NCBI GenBank assembly: GCA_965267575.1
Contig: OZ254086.1
Location: 2,720,001 to 2,784,000 of the forward strand
Origin: Calditrichales bacterium
Lineage (GTDB): Bacteria > Calditrichota > Calditrichia > Calditrichales > J004
Reading direction: 5' to 3'
Length of the DNA: 64,000 bases
In this document: piece after piece, positions 10,270 through 24,400 of the stretch
Numbering within the stretch: the stretch's first letter is position 1
Layout of the letters: each line of letters begins with the position of its first letter
Notes under the pieces: model-generated
The model's input: only the letters and a program-made list of their open reading frames with translations
Database searches by the model: none
What the model was told of the DNA's origin: nothing
Position numbers and translations under genes: made by a program

Positions 10270-11091
10270 ATGGCCCGTAAAAAACGCAAAGTACAAAGTT
10301 ATTCTTTCCTGGTTGTTCCGGACAATAAGGGTGAGCCCCGGGGTATTAAACTGAGCGCGTGGTCTACGCGGGCCTTGCTTGCGGGTGTTCTTATTGTGGC
10401 CGTTTTGGTTATCGCCGGTGCTGCAACCTATTGGAAAGTTGCCTCTGTTGCGCTGGATTACCGCCGCCTTCAGGAGGAGAATTTCGAGCTGCGCAACAGC
10501 TTGAAGCAGGTGGAAAATATCCGCGTTGATCTCGCCAAAATGCAGAAATTCAATAGCCAGATCCGCAGTTCCCTTTCCGGATACCTGAAAGTAGAAAATT
10601 TGGAGAGCCAGGATACAACCGGCATTGATGAGCTTGATTTCGAAACCATGCAGCCCGGCCAGGTGCGCACTATTTTTAACTCCATACCAAGTCTAATGCC
10701 CGTAGAAGGGTTCATTACACGGGGATTTCAGATTACCAACCTGACGATGGAGCCGCATTTCGGTCTGGATATTGCGGCGGCCAACGGCACACCGATCCGT
10801 GCACCCGCCAACGGTATTGTTGTTTTTGAGGGTTGGACTTCGGAATCGGGCTATGTGCTCGTAGTGCAGCATGGCTATGGTTATCTGACGGTTTATAAGC
10901 ATAACCAGCGAAACCTGGCGGGCATGCTGGAAAAAATAACCAAAGGCGAAGTAATCGCCTATCTTGGAGATACCGGTGAAATCAGCAGCGGGGCACACCT
11001 GCATTATGAAGTCTGGCTGAACGGCAAACCGCTTGATCCGCTAAAATATGTAAACGTGAGCGCACAACAATTAATAGAAAGGAATGAATAA
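10270..11091 (+). CDS. Membrane-anchored M23 family peptidoglycan endopeptidase
   Basis: TM helix, coiled coil, HFGLD, YKH and HLHYEV zinc motifs. Confidence 0.92.
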   Translation: MARKKRKVQSYSFLVVPDNKGEPRGIKLSAWSTRALLAGVLIVAVLVIAGAATYWKVASVALDYRRLQEENFELRNSLKQVENIRVDLAKMQKFNSQIRSSLSGYLKVENLESQDTTGIDELDFETMQPGQVRTIFNSIPSLMPVEGFITRGFQITNLTMEPHFGLDIAAANGTPIRAPANGIVVFEGWTSESGYVLVVQHGYGYLTVYKHNQRNLAGMLEKITKGEVIAYLGDTGEISSGAHLHYEVWLNGKPLDPLKYVNVSAQQLIERNE

Positions 11092-11093
11092 GA

Positions 11094-11498
11094 GTGGCTT
11101 TGAAAAATCCGACATCCACTTCGGCCGAACTGAACCTGATTGGTCACGGCACACAAATAGATGGAAATCTTAAAACCGAGCACAGTATCCGTATCGACGG
11201 TCTGCTGAAAGGAACGGTAATTTGCAAGAATACGGTAACGGTGGGGGAGAACGGCCGCGTTGAAGGTGATATCGAGGCCCTGAATGCTATCATTGAAGGC
11301 CGCATAAAGGGGCGTGTGCTTGTAAAAGAAAAGCTGGTGCTGGGCCCAAAATCCGCTCTCAGCGGGGAGCTGAAAGCCAAAACGCTGATCATCGATGAGG
11401 GCGCGGTCTTTGACGGAACCTCCACGATGGCCAACAGCTCGGCATCATCTGTTGCTGAGCAGGGCAAGGTCGCTGCCGGCAGCAAAGAAAGCGTGTGA
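11094..11498 (+). CDS. Bactofilin (polymer-forming cytoskeletal protein, CcmA-like)
   Basis: Beta-helix repeats (IGHGTQIDGNL..IRIDG..VGENGRVEGDI..IDEGAVFDG). Confidence 0.92.
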   Translation: MALKNPTSTSAELNLIGHGTQIDGNLKTEHSIRIDGLLKGTVICKNTVTVGENGRVEGDIEALNAIIEGRIKGRVLVKEKLVLGPKSALSGELKAKTLIIDEGAVFDGTSTMANSSASSVAEQGKVAAGSKESV

Positions 11499-11755
11499 GT
11501 GATAAAAAGGACATCCGGCGCGACATACGATCGGCCTTTAGCGAGGCGGCGCCATATTTAAATATTGCCTATGTTTTTATGGGCGCCATATTATTTTTCG
11601 GCTATGTGGGATATCGGCTGGATAGGTATTTCCGGTTCGAATCCCTTTTTTTGTTATTGGGCCTTTTCATTGCTTTGCTGGGGGGCTTTTATAATATGTT
11701 TCTTGTGTTGAAAAACCTGGACCAAAAAGAGAAAAATGATTCAAAACATGATTAA
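11495..11755 (+). CDS. AtpZ/AtpI-family ATP synthase accessory membrane protein
   Basis: Two TM helices with GYRLD motif, at the head of the atp operon. Confidence 0.8.
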   Translation: MSDKKDIRRDIRSAFSEAAPYLNIAYVFMGAILFFGYVGYRLDRYFRFESLFLLLGLFIALLGGFYNMFLVLKNLDQKEKNDSKHD

Positions 11756-12119
11756 ATACGGCGCGGTGATTTTGCTTCTATACGCTGTTGGAAGTTGGTT
11801 TTATTTAGGTGGTAGTGAATCTGGCGAAGAAGATCTTCGGGCATTGGTTTTAGCGGCGCTTATGGCCCTGCTTTACATGATTGCTTCGGCTTTTTCGGTG
11901 CATCGTGTTTTAAAAAAACCGTCTGCGGAATTTGTGCGCTCATTCATGAAAAATATAATCATCCGGATGGGCGGATTGTTGGCGATTTTTTTCACAATAC
12001 TGCTCATAATCCCCCTAAATCATTTTGTTTTTATCGCCTCCTTCTTTATATTATATTTTCTATTTCAAATCGTGGAAATATATCTGTTGCACAACAGATA
12101 CAAACAGGAAATCAGTTAA
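11736..12119 (+). CDS. ATP synthase protein I-like 4-TM protein
   Basis: Four hydrophobic helices, immediately before atpB. Confidence 0.6.
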   Translation: MIQNMIKYGAVILLLYAVGSWFYLGGSESGEEDLRALVLAALMALLYMIASAFSVHRVLKKPSAEFVRSFMKNIIIRMGGLLAIFFTILLIIPLNHFVFIASFFILYFLFQIVEIYLLHNRYKQEIS

Positions 12120-12122
12120 GGA

Positions 12123-12971
12123 ATGACGGATACGACATCGCAAATTGCCGTTACGGATACAGTGGCCGCGAAGCAGGAAAACATAGGCCTGTGGATACAA
12201 GACCACCTCGCTAACAGTTCGGAATGGCACCTTCCCGCACTGCACATTCACCTGCCGGAATTTCAACCTATACAGTTGTTTGGTCTTACGATAGACTTGT
12301 CGATCACTAATCATGTTGTTATGATCTGGATCGCCGGGCTTATTTTGCTCGGCATGTTTGTTTTTGGCTTCCGCAGGGAAGCACGTGTTCAGAAAGGGTT
12401 GGGAATGTTCCTGGAGATGCTGGTGGTGTTTATCAGGGATGAGGTAGCCATAAACAATATGGGGGAGAAAGAGGGTAAGAGATTTACGCCGCTACTGGTT
12501 ACCTTTTTCATGTTTATCTGGATCGCCAACTTAATGGGGCTTATCCCACTTTTTACCACCTCAACCGGTAACTTTAGCGTGACGGCCTCGCTGGCGATTA
12601 TAACGTTTGGCGCGACGCAGGTGTTTGGTATAAGGGAAGCCGGTTTTTTTGGCTATTACAAGGGTCTTGTACCTCATGGAGTGCCGCTTTTCCTGTGGCC
12701 CTTAATGCTTGTTATTGAAATTATGGGACTGGTAGCCAAGCACGTCGCATTGATGATTCGTCTTTTTGCCAATATGACGGCAGGTCACATTGTCCTGTTC
12801 GCCTTGATTGGTCTTATCATCATATTTAAATCGTTTTTTATTGCGCCAGTTTCTATTGGTTTTGCATTGTTTGTCTATTTTCTTGAAATACTTGTAGCAA
12901 CAATCCAGGCCTATATCTTTACAGTTTTATCCGCTCTGTTTATAGGCATGAGCGTGAATCCGGACCATTGA
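12123..12971 (+). CDS. atpB: F0 ATP synthase subunit a
   Basis: IRLFANMTAGH (essential Arg), IQAYIFTVLS. Confidence 0.97.
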   Translation: MTDTTSQIAVTDTVAAKQENIGLWIQDHLANSSEWHLPALHIHLPEFQPIQLFGLTIDLSITNHVVMIWIAGLILLGMFVFGFRREARVQKGLGMFLEMLVVFIRDEVAINNMGEKEGKRFTPLLVTFFMFIWIANLMGLIPLFTTSTGNFSVTASLAIITFGATQVFGIREAGFFGYYKGLVPHGVPLFLWPLMLVIEIMGLVAKHVALMIRLFANMTAGHIVLFALIGLIIIFKSFFIAPVSIGFALFVYFLEILVATIQAYIFTVLSALFIGMSVNPDH

Positions 12972-13028
12972 TTTTTTACAGAAAACAAATCGTATAAACT
13001 ACAACTGTTTATCTAGGAGGATTATAAA

Positions 13029-13262
13029 ATGAGTGAATGGGCATTAGCGTTAGCATATCTGGCCGCCGGACTGGGTGCCGGACTGGTTACGATTGGCGCC
13101 GGTATGGGTATCGGTCGTTTAGCAGCATCCGCAATGGACGGCACTGCGCGTCAACCTGAAGCAGGTAACGCTATTCGTATTACGATGATTATTGCTGCGG
13201 CGATGATAGAGGGTGTAGCCCTTTTCGGTGCGGTTGTCTGCTTTTTGCTTGTAACCAAGTAA
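13029..13262 (+). CDS. atpE: F0 ATP synthase subunit c (H+-type)
   Basis: GxGxGxG, ARQPEA loop, IEGVALF carboxylate; no Na+-type Q...ES/T signature; SD AGGAGG. Confidence 0.97.
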   Translation: MSEWALALAYLAAGLGAGLVTIGAGMGIGRLAASAMDGTARQPEAGNAIRITMIIAAAMIEGVALFGAVVCFLLVTK

Positions 13263-13287
13263 CCAAACAAAAAGAGAACAGTTACGC

Positions 13288-13782
13288 ATGCTTAACTTAG
13301 ATCCCGGAATGATGATCTGGACCTGGATAACATTTTTCCTGGTCCTGTTCATTTTATATAAAAAAGCGCTAAGACCGATGCTTGGTGCCATCGCCGATCG
13401 CGAGCGGGGCATTAAGTCCGATTTGGAAACGGCGGCCAAGCAGCGTGCTGAAGCACAGGACCTCCTGGACCAGCACAAGAAGATGGTGGCCGATGCCGAA
13501 TCCGAGGCACAACGCCTGTTGAAGGAAACGCAGGAGCTGGCCCAGAAGTCACGTTCTGAAGTGCTGGAAAAAGCACGTGAAGAAGCGTCGGCGATTGTGG
13601 ATAAGGCACGCCAGGAGATCGACAAGCAGCGCGAGGATGCCATGCAATCGCTACGTAATGAAGTGGTTGACCTGGCCATTGGTGCTGCCGAAAAGGTTTT
13701 GGCGCAAACGATGGACAAAGAGGCGCACAAGAAAGTGGTTGATGACTACATCGCCTCAATGCCCAAGTCAGTGAAAAACTAG
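13288..13782 (+). CDS. atpF: F0 ATP synthase subunit b
   Basis: N-terminal TM (PGMMIWTWITF) plus long coiled coil; operon position. Confidence 0.95.
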   Translation: MLNLDPGMMIWTWITFFLVLFILYKKALRPMLGAIADRERGIKSDLETAAKQRAEAQDLLDQHKKMVADAESEAQRLLKETQELAQKSRSEVLEKAREEASAIVDKARQEIDKQREDAMQSLRNEVVDLAIGAAEKVLAQTMDKEAHKKVVDDYIASMPKSVKN

Positions 13783-13797
13783 GCGGAAGGAGTTCAA

Positions 13798-14328
13798 TTG
13801 AGCCGCGTTGCAAAACGATACGCCAAAGCCTGGTTCACCCTGGCCCTGGAAAACAAGAAACTGGAAAAGGCCGCCGATGATGCCGCTATGCTTGCTGACC
13901 TGATCCGTAAGCAGGATCAGTTCCGGGCTTTTCTGCATAACCCGCTGGTAACACCGGGTAAACGCAAGCAGTTGCTTTCCGACCTTTTTAGCAAAAAAGT
14001 GGATGGGCTGACTTTCGATTTTCTAAACATGGTGAGTCAGAAAAAGCGGCTGAATGTACTGGAAGAGATTGTGGACCAGTTTTCGAGCCTGGTGCGACAG
14101 CACAATAACCAGATTGTTGCGGAGGTGCGAAGCGCTGCGATGCTGGAAGATTCCCAGCTGGATGCGATCCGCCAAAAAATCGAAGGGATGACCGGCAAAA
14201 AGGCGATTATTCATACGGCCCAGGATAAATCTCTTATAGGTGGTTTTCTGATAAAGATAGAAGACAGAATAATTGATAACAGCATTCGCTACCAATTGGA
14301 AAAACTGCGCGAGCAGATGGTAGCCTAA
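13798..14328 (+). CDS. atpH: F1 ATP synthase subunit delta
   Basis: VAKRYAKA, DKSLIGG..IIDNS; TTG start after GGAG. Confidence 0.95.
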   Translation: MSRVAKRYAKAWFTLALENKKLEKAADDAAMLADLIRKQDQFRAFLHNPLVTPGKRKQLLSDLFSKKVDGLTFDFLNMVSQKKRLNVLEEIVDQFSSLVRQHNNQIVAEVRSAAMLEDSQLDAIRQKIEGMTGKKAIIHTAQDKSLIGGFLIKIEDRIIDNSIRYQLEKLREQMVA

Positions 14329-14352
14329 ATATAAAAACAATGAGGTTGTTAA

Positions 14353-15875
14353 ATGAGCAATGCAGTTAGGCCTGATGAAGTCTCTGCGATTTTAAAACAG
14401 CAGCTAAAAGACTTTCAGACCGGATCGGAGTCCTATGAAGTAGGCACCGTGCTGCAGGTGGGCGACGGTATTGCCCGCGTGCATGGTCTGGAAAAGGCGA
14501 TGGCCGGCGAGCTGGTTGAATTCCCCCATGATGTAATGGGAATGGTATTCAACCTGGAAGAGGATAACGTCGGTGTGATCCTTTTTGGTGAGGATACGCT
14601 CATCAAAGAGGGCGATATCGTCAAGCGCACCAACAAAGTTGTTCAAATCCCCGTCGGTGAGGCCATGCTGGGCCGCGTGGTTAATCCACTTGGTCAACCT
14701 CTGGACGGTAAAGGTGAAATCAAAACGGACAAGTTTAACCTTGTCGAACGAAAAGCGGAAGGTGTTATTCAGCGCCAGCCGGTAAAAGAGCCGCTGGCCA
14801 GTGGTATTAAAGCTATCGATTCGATGATTCCGATTGGCCGCGGACAACGCGAACTTATAATCGGTGACCGCCAGACAGGTAAGACCGCCGTCGCGCTGGA
14901 CACGATCATCAATCAAAAAGGCAAAGATGTGTTCTGTATTTATGTGGCCATTGGCCAGAAAGCATCTACGGTTGCCAAGGTGGTGAGAACACTGGAGGAC
15001 AACGACGCCATGTCTTACACGGTCGTTGTGGTCGCCAACGCCAGTGATCCGGCACCCCTGCAGTATATCGCTCCTTATTCCGGTGCGGCTATCGGCGAAT
15101 TTTTCCGTGACAACGGTAAGCACGCTCTCGTCGTTTATGACGATCTGAGCAAGCACGCCTGGGCCTATCGCGAGGTGTCGCTTCTTCTGCGCCGCCCGCC
15201 GGGTCGTGAAGCTTACCCGGGTGACGTTTTTTACGTCCATTCGCGTTTGCTTGAGCGGGCAGCCAAGCTTAATGATGACATGGGTGGTGGCTCACTGACA
15301 GCCCTGCCGATTATCGAAACTCAGGCCGGTGACGTTTCCGCTTATATCCCGACCAACGTTATCTCCATTACGGACGGTCAGATTTTCCTTGAGTCGAACC
15401 TCTTTTACTCAGGTGTACGTCCCGCCATCAACGTGGGTATTTCGGTTTCACGCGTTGGCGGTAACGCACAGATCAAAGCCATGAAACAGGTGGCCGGTAG
15501 TCTGCGCCTGGATCTGGCCCAGTACCGCGAGCTGGAAGCTTTCGCCAAGTTCGGTTCCGATCTGGATAAAGCCACGCAAGCGCAGTTGCGTCGTGGTGAG
15601 CGTTTGGTGGAAGTTCTAAAGCAGGGCCAGTATGACCCGCTTCCTTTTGAAAAGCAGATTGTGATTATCTTTGCTGCTATTAAAGGCTTTCTTGATCCGA
15701 TTCCTGTTGGCGCAATCAAGCGTTTTGAAGATGAATACACCAAGCATCTTGAGCTGAAGCATAAAGATGTTTTGGAGGAGATCGCCAACAAGAAAGTGAT
15801 CAGCGACGAACTGGATAAGCGTATGCGCGAAATTCTTGAAAAGTTTGTTGGCGCATTTAAATACGAGGAAGATTA

Positions 15876-15876
<1 letters not shown>
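14353..15876 (+). CDS. atpA: F1 ATP synthase subunit alpha
   Basis: [31 protein letters not shown]. Confidence 0.99.
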
Positions 15877-18153
<2,277 letters not shown>

Positions 18154-18181
18154 GGTTGCATAAGCCTTTTTAATTGCCGTT

Positions 18182-18212
18182 AAGATGGTGCGTGCAAGCG
18201 CATCATCTTTTT
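18182..18212 (+). terminator. Hairpin plus U-tract between atpD and atpC
   Basis: AAGATGGTGCG-tgcaag-CGCATCATCTT followed by T run. Confidence 0.6.
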
Positions 18213-18260
18213 ATTTAAGTTTTATGTTGTTTCGTCGAATCACGAGGAGTTAATAACAGG

Positions 18261-18674
18261 ATGAACGGGAAATTACAGCTGGAAATTGTCACACCATTCG
18301 GTAAGGTATACGAGTCGGAAGTTGACAGCTGTGTTTTACCGGGAGCAAAAGGTCAGTTTCAGGTATTGAAAAACCATGCTCCGGTTATCGCCACGATCGG
18401 AATAGGCCCCGTAAAGGTTAAAAGGCCGTCGGTAAAGGAAACCGACTTGCTTGCAACCAGTGGCGGTTTTTGTGAAGTAAGAGATAATGTTATTAAGGTG
18501 ATCGTTGAATCTGCCGAAAAAGCAGATGAAATAAATATAGAACGAGCCGAAAAGGCCAGAGAAAGGGCAGAAGAAAGGTTAAGCGACCATTCGGACGAAG
18601 TTGATGAAATGCGGGCCCGTATTGCCCTGGAACGCGCCATCAACCGGATTCAAATTGCCAAACTAACTTCCTGA
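18261..18674 (+). CDS. atpC: F1 ATP synthase subunit epsilon
   Basis: LEIVTP..G.F.VL.NHAP..SGGF.EV; C-terminal helical hairpin; SD GAGGAG. Confidence 0.97.
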   Translation: MNGKLQLEIVTPFGKVYESEVDSCVLPGAKGQFQVLKNHAPVIATIGIGPVKVKRPSVKETDLLATSGGFCEVRDNVIKVIVESAEKADEINIERAEKARERAEERLSDHSDEVDEMRARIALERAINRIQIAKLTS

Positions 18675-18726
18675 TTCCCTGGTTTTTGACCTGAATCAAA
18701 AATCTTTACCCTTCTCACGTTCTATC

Positions 18727-18755
18727 TTGATAACTTGTCTTAATATCATTAGACT
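18727..18755 (+). promoter_or_regulatory. Putative sigma70-type promoter of the TPR-motor operon
   Basis: TTGATA-N17-TAGACT in an AT-rich gap. Confidence 0.4.
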
Positions 18756-18794
18756 TACAACTTTATAAAGGGTTAAAAAAAATAAGGTTACGGT

Positions 18795-21389
18795 ATGAGG
18801 TCAAAAGCCCTTTTTCCGCTCCTTTTGTTTGTTTCTTCCGTTTTAGCACAAACCGATTTAACAACGCAGCAGTTTAATCAGCACCTGGAAGAGTATATTC
18901 AGGAGCGATTGACGCGTGTATCGAAAGAGAGCCTTGATAAGGAACGTTTCCTGATACAGCAGATACGTATGCTCAATGATGAGATCAAGTCACGTGTTGC
19001 AAATGTATCGGAGAAACGCGATAACTATTTTTCCAAGCTTGAGAGAAATCTTAATGAAATAAGAGATTTGAAACGCAGGCTGCCGGGTGGTTCGGGTGGT
19101 CCGCTTATCGGTTTTATTAATGATCTCGAAAAGCGTATTGAGCTTACCCTCGAAAACGGCATCATTGACTATAAGCGTCAACAGGTTTTTGATGACGCCG
19201 TACAACTGCTTTACCTGGCCGAGGAGCTTATGAAACTCGACCCGGCCTCTAATCTCAGCGAAAATCCGCGAATTGCGGAAGGCATTCAGGAAACGCGCGC
19301 CAAGTTTAGAACATCATTTGGAGATATTGTGTCCTCTGCCGGCAGGAGTGCTCCCGCAGGTCAGGCAACGATTTTTAACCTGTATGACGAATGGCAAAGG
19401 ACGGAGCGGCTTAGCTACCTGGTCCGACTAACCGATGTACAAATCGTAAAAAAGAGACTTCTCAAAAACGGCACAATAGCCGAGATTGAGCGCATGTTCA
19501 AACGTGAATTATTCCGGGCATCCGAGGCCTTTAACCTGGGACGCTACGAAGTGGCCCGCATGTCCTTCGACGAAATGATTGAAGCTTATCCCAATGTTGG
19601 CGCTCTGGATGATGTCACTTTTTATAAAGGTGAATCCAATTTCTATCTTGGGCGCTATAATCAGGCGCGCCAAGATTATCAAAATGTAATCACAAATTAT
19701 CCGGCTTCGGCTTACGTTGGTGACTGCTATCGGCGCCTTATATATACAGCAGACCATTTTGAACAATATGATCAGGCGATTTCATATTTTAGGCAAATGC
19801 AAAGTATTCTTTCATCGCAGGACGACAATTATCAGCGTGCTTTGCTGCTGGCTGTTAATGCCGCATTTGAAGGCGGGCTATTCCAGGACGCGGTAACACT
19901 GGCTTATGAAATAGATCCGCAATCGCCCTATTATGATACCGTACGCTTTATCCAGGCACAGGCCCTGGCAGGCACGCAGAACCTTGAAGACGCACGCGAT
20001 GCTTTTAATGCCATTCTTGGTGAGCGTAACCTGGAACCGGAATTTCGTTTTGATGTTTTAACGAAACTTGGTTTTGTGCTTTACGAGATGGGGCTGCCGG
20101 ATCAGGCCGTCGAAAAATTCAAACTTATAAATCCAGACTATTCCAGGTATGATCTCGTTATGATTGGCTTCGGCTGGTCTTATTATAAAATTGAACTGGA
20201 CAAGCGTCTGTCTCAAAACCGGGACTTCAGTGACGCTAAAAAGTATTTAGAGATTATTGTAAACGATTACACCAACTCCGAATACGCTTTGGAGGCCAGG
20301 ACCCTGTTGGGCTATATCAACCAGCTTGAGTACGATACAAACGGGGCTATTGATAATTTTCGCTATGCCTATAATGCCAAGGACGTGAAACTGCTCTCCG
20401 ATGAATTAAATACGCAGCAGGACGAGCTGGAGAAAATCGTTGACACCGCGCATGACCTTGAGCAGGAAGCACTCGTTGAGCGAAATGTTGAAGCCTTTAA
20501 CAGAGCCGTGCGCATGCGCGAAAGCGTAGAAGGACCACTCTTTAAATTGAAATACGCAGACCTGAGTCCTGTTGGTGCCGCCGCCGCCAGCGAAGTCAGC
20601 CGTTTACGCGGCCAACTGGAAGAACTGGACAGGCTGAAGGCTCTCGCAGTTGAAAGAAACGAGACTGAAGCTGTAGACCGGATCGAGGAAATGCAGCTTA
20701 AAATATACCGGGCGATAAACAGCTTTTCGGGTCAGCAGGATTCACCACTCGGGTTTAACTACTTCGATGAGCATCCGCTTGCGCGAAAAGAAAGCGTTGT
20801 GGAGCATGATAACGCCAGGTTGATGGACATGCGCGAAGAGTCACGCACTCAGCGCGAACAAATTTTGCAAAAAATAGCCCGACTGGACGTAGAAATTCTG
20901 AACGCAAAGTCCAGACGTGATTACAAAAAGATGTCCAATCTGGAAGTTGTAAAAAACAGATTTGAGGATTTGCTGAACAAACTGGATTACGTTGAAAGCT
21001 GGGTTTACAGCATGAAAACGCGCAGCACAAATATTAATCTGGCGCGCTGGAGTGATTACGGCGCATTCGGGCTGGCCAACGTGAATTTCGCCGTGCGCGC
21101 ACTGAAAGATCAGCAGATTTCGGATATGCGAAGCCAGATTCAGGAAATCAACGATCTGTTGAACAACCGTAAGCAAGAGATTGTGCACAAGATAAATCAA
21201 ATCGAAGATGAAATAACCTTGATGACGCGTCGCGTGCGCCGTCAGGAACGTATTCGTGAGCGGGAAGAGCTTTATCGGCAGTTTGAAGAAAGCTATTTCG
21301 ATACGCACGAGTCAGAAACCGAGCAACCGCTCAATACAGTTCCGCCTAACAACACTCTTCCCCCGAACTTTGAGGAAGAAGAAGACTAA
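18795..21389 (+). CDS. Large exported TPR/coiled-coil protein (Glt-like cluster)
   Basis: Signal peptide; TPR motifs (FYKGESNFYLGRYNQA, IGFGWSYY) flanked by coiled coils. Confidence 0.8.
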   Translation: MRSKALFPLLLFVSSVLAQTDLTTQQFNQHLEEYIQERLTRVSKESLDKERFLIQQIRMLNDEIKSRVANVSEKRDNYFSKLERNLNEIRDLKRRLPGGSGGPLIGFINDLEKRIELTLENGIIDYKRQQVFDDAVQLLYLAEELMKLDPASNLSENPRIAEGIQETRAKFRTSFGDIVSSAGRSAPAGQATIFNLYDEWQRTERLSYLVRLTDVQIVKKRLLKNGTIAEIERMFKRELFRASEAFNLGRYEVARMSFDEMIEAYPNVGALDDVTFYKGESNFYLGRYNQARQDYQNVITNYPASAYVGDCYRRLIYTADHFEQYDQAISYFRQMQSILSSQDDNYQRALLLAVNAAFEGGLFQDAVTLAYEIDPQSPYYDTVRFIQAQALAGTQNLEDARDAFNAILGERNLEPEFRFDVLTKLGFVLYEMGLPDQAVEKFKLINPDYSRYDLVMIGFGWSYYKIELDKRLSQNRDFSDAKKYLEIIVNDYTNSEYALEARTLLGYINQLEYDTNGAIDNFRYAYNAKDVKLLSDELNTQQDELEKIVDTAHDLEQEALVERNVEAFNRAVRMRESVEGPLFKLKYADLSPVGAAAASEVSRLRGQLEELDRLKALAVERNETEAVDRIEEMQLKIYRAINSFSGQQDSPLGFNYFDEHPLARKESVVEHDNARLMDMREESRTQREQILQKIARLDVEILNAKSRRDYKKMSNLEVVKNRFEDLLNKLDYVESWVYSMKTRSTNINLARWSDYGAFGLANVNFAVRALKDQQISDMRSQIQEINDLLNNRKQEIVHKINQIEDEITLMTRRVRRQERIREREELYRQFEESYFDTHESETEQPLNTVPPNNTLPPNFEEEED

Positions 21390-21413
21390 CAGGTCAGGGT
21401 AGGATCAGAGTTT

Positions 21414-24400
21414 ATGAAAACACTTTTAAAAAACAGCAGACATATGTTCAAAACACTTTTTTCTGTTTTTATTCTGACGCTGATTTTCCAGCCACTGGTC
21501 GCTCAGGAAGCGGCAAAAAATGATTCTATTTTCGAGAAGATCAGCATCGACGATCTTATAAAGATTAAAGAGTATTATGACAATCGTGTTGACCGGCTTG
21601 TCAGCGAAAAAGAAAGATCTTTGCTGGAAGGGAAAAAACTGGGGGAAAGCTTTCTTTCCGATGAAGCCGTAAAAATAGAGAACCGTGATAAGATTTATAT
21701 TCGTATTGCTGAATATTATATCGAAGAAGCCGAGCGGGATTTTAGCCAGGCCATGGAAAGATACGAAGATAAGTTTGATGAATATGAGCGGCAATTTGAA
21801 TTATATCAGAAGGGTGAATTGGCCGAAGAACCGACCTTACCGGAGACACCCTCTACAGATTACAGCAAAGCGATTTCGATTTATGACCGCCTGCTGGACG
21901 AATATCCTGCCAGCGAGCATGCCGATGCCGCGCTTTACTCCAAGGCCTGGCTGAAAGACAAAACCGGAGCCGGTCCCGAAAGCCGCCGTCTTTTCCAGGA
22001 AGTCATCGACAAGTATCCTGACAGTCCTTTTGCGCCGGAATCATACATTCAGCTTGCTGAATATTACTTCCGCCCGCGTGAAGATAAAACCGATGAAGAC
22101 CAGACCGTGCTCGAACTGCGCAAGGCGATCCAGCTTTATAAAAAGGTTCTGCGCTACCGCGACTCCCGTCGTTACGATGAGGCGCTTTATAAGCTGGGTT
22201 GGAGCTATTATAAGCTGGCCTCGCGTGATCCTGCCTACTACACCGACGCGATCACCTATTTTATGGCCGTTGCCGATGACATTGAATTGGCACGCAAACT
22301 CGACCCGCAGGGCGAGATAAGTAACCCCAATGTGCGTGACGAGGCCATTGAATATATCGGTATCAGCTTTACAGATGAGAGCTATACGCAAAACGGTGTT
22401 GATAAAGCGCGACGCATGCTGGAAAGGCTGGGCGACAAGGAGTACGGTGTTGAAATAATGCGCGCCATTGGCCAGACCTACGAGCAGATTGATGAAAACA
22501 CCAAAGCGATTTACGCATTCAGAAATTTGCTGGATATGTACCCCTATTACAGAGAGGCACCGGTTATTCAGGACAAGATTTCAAAGGCTGTGTTTGCCGC
22601 CGGCGATGACCAGGGCGCTTATCGCGAGAGGGCCGTGCTTTTTGAAAAATACAATCCCAAGAGTGACTGGTATGCCAGATTGGAACAATCGAATATTGAA
22701 AACAAATTCCAGTATCTGGACCTGGCTTACCGTAAAAGCGAAGAAGCCCTGCGCGCTAACTTGTATATGGATCTGGAAAGGGCCGAGACAGCTGAAGCCG
22801 CCAACCAGCCGGCAACGCAATTATGGACAGGGTTTGGCGAAGAGTGCCGGACTTATCTTGAGGTGTTTCCCAGTGACTCCAACGCCTATGATATTCACTG
22901 GTCTTACGCCATTATGCTGGATCAGAAACTTGGTCGTTTTGAAGAAGCTTTTGAAGAATATCTCACCGTCAGTAATGATTACCTGATGAAGGAACATCAG
23001 CATCAGGCGGCATTGTACGCCGTTGGTGTTGCGGATACGATTGTAAAAATTAAATATGGTTCAGATGACGACAGCGTAACATTCAGCCTTGCCGATATAG
23101 CGCAATTAAGTCCCGAAGCTCTGACACCCGAAGAGACAAATCTGATACAGGCATACGATAACTACATTCGCCTTTTCCCGGATGGACAGTATACGCCAAA
23201 TTTCCTTGCCAGCGCCGGAAGCATTTATTATAACCATAAAAAGTTTGCTGAAGCCAAAGTGTACTTCCAGACACTTGTGCGGCGTTTCCCGGGGGCCGAG
23301 GAAAAGAGCCTTGCAATGCGTTCCATTATGGATTCGTATTTCGCCTTGGGCAAATTCAAGGACAGTGAAATTATAGCCAAGCGCATCTTGAGTGACGAAA
23401 ACCTGCCGCCGGAGCAGCGTGAGTTTGCCAGTCGTCGTTTGGCGGAAGCTATCTTCAAGAATGCAGAATTCCTGGCTGAGCAGGGTGATTTCCTGGCGTC
23501 TGCCAATGAATATTTGCGTCTGTATGAAGAAGTGCCGGAAAACAAACAATACGTTGAGCCGGCTCTCTGGAACGCAGGTCTTAATTTCCAAAAAGCGCGC
23601 GACTGGGTACGCTCCAATGAAGTTTTTAATATTCTCGCCAGCGAGTATCCCGAGTCTGAATTTTCATTTGACGCGCTTAACATGATGGTCGAGAATTACA
23701 AGGAACTGGAGCAGTTCGACAATGCTGCGCGGATTTCAGAGCGGGTATATTTGAAATATCCGGATTCCGAAGATGCTGAAGCCAAGTTGTATAATGCCAG
23801 CTACTTCTTCCAGAAAGCATCAGAGTGGCAAGAGGCGATCCGCGTAAATAACGTTTACATCGCTAACTATCCGCAAGAGAATTATGCTGTAGACCTGTTT
23901 TTTAAGAACGCTGATCTTTACCTCAAGATGGACAACCTGGAAGAAGCCAACCGGATTTATGAAGAATTTGCCCAGCGTTACCCTGAAGACGATCGTGTTG
24001 TGACGGCTTTTTACGAGCGCGGCAATTACTACCTGAAAAATGGCCTGAAAGAACAAGCCAAGCAGGAATACAACAAGGCTATAAGTAAAAGCGAGGAATT
24101 TCGTAGCGAAGGTAAGGAATATAATCCGTATATCGCCGGAGAGGCCGTTCACAAGCTTGCCGACATTCTGCACGAAGAGTACGTTGCAATTGAACTGAAG
24201 CAGCCGCAATCGAATATTGAACGTAACACGGCGCGGATGCGCTCTCTGCTTGACGAGCTGAATCAAGCCTACACGAGGGTGCTTGCCTTCGGTTCACCCC
24301 GCAGTTTTGAGGCAACCTATAATATCGCGCGCTCCTACGAAGAGTTTGCCGATACCTACGCCGGCCAGGAAATAGATCCTTCTTTGGATGCCAATAAGCG

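Noticed and set aside
13029..13262. Possible Na+-coupled or N-type ATPase
   Set aside because: The c subunit lacks the Q...ES/T Na+ ligands, and the operon has delta and canonical gene order.
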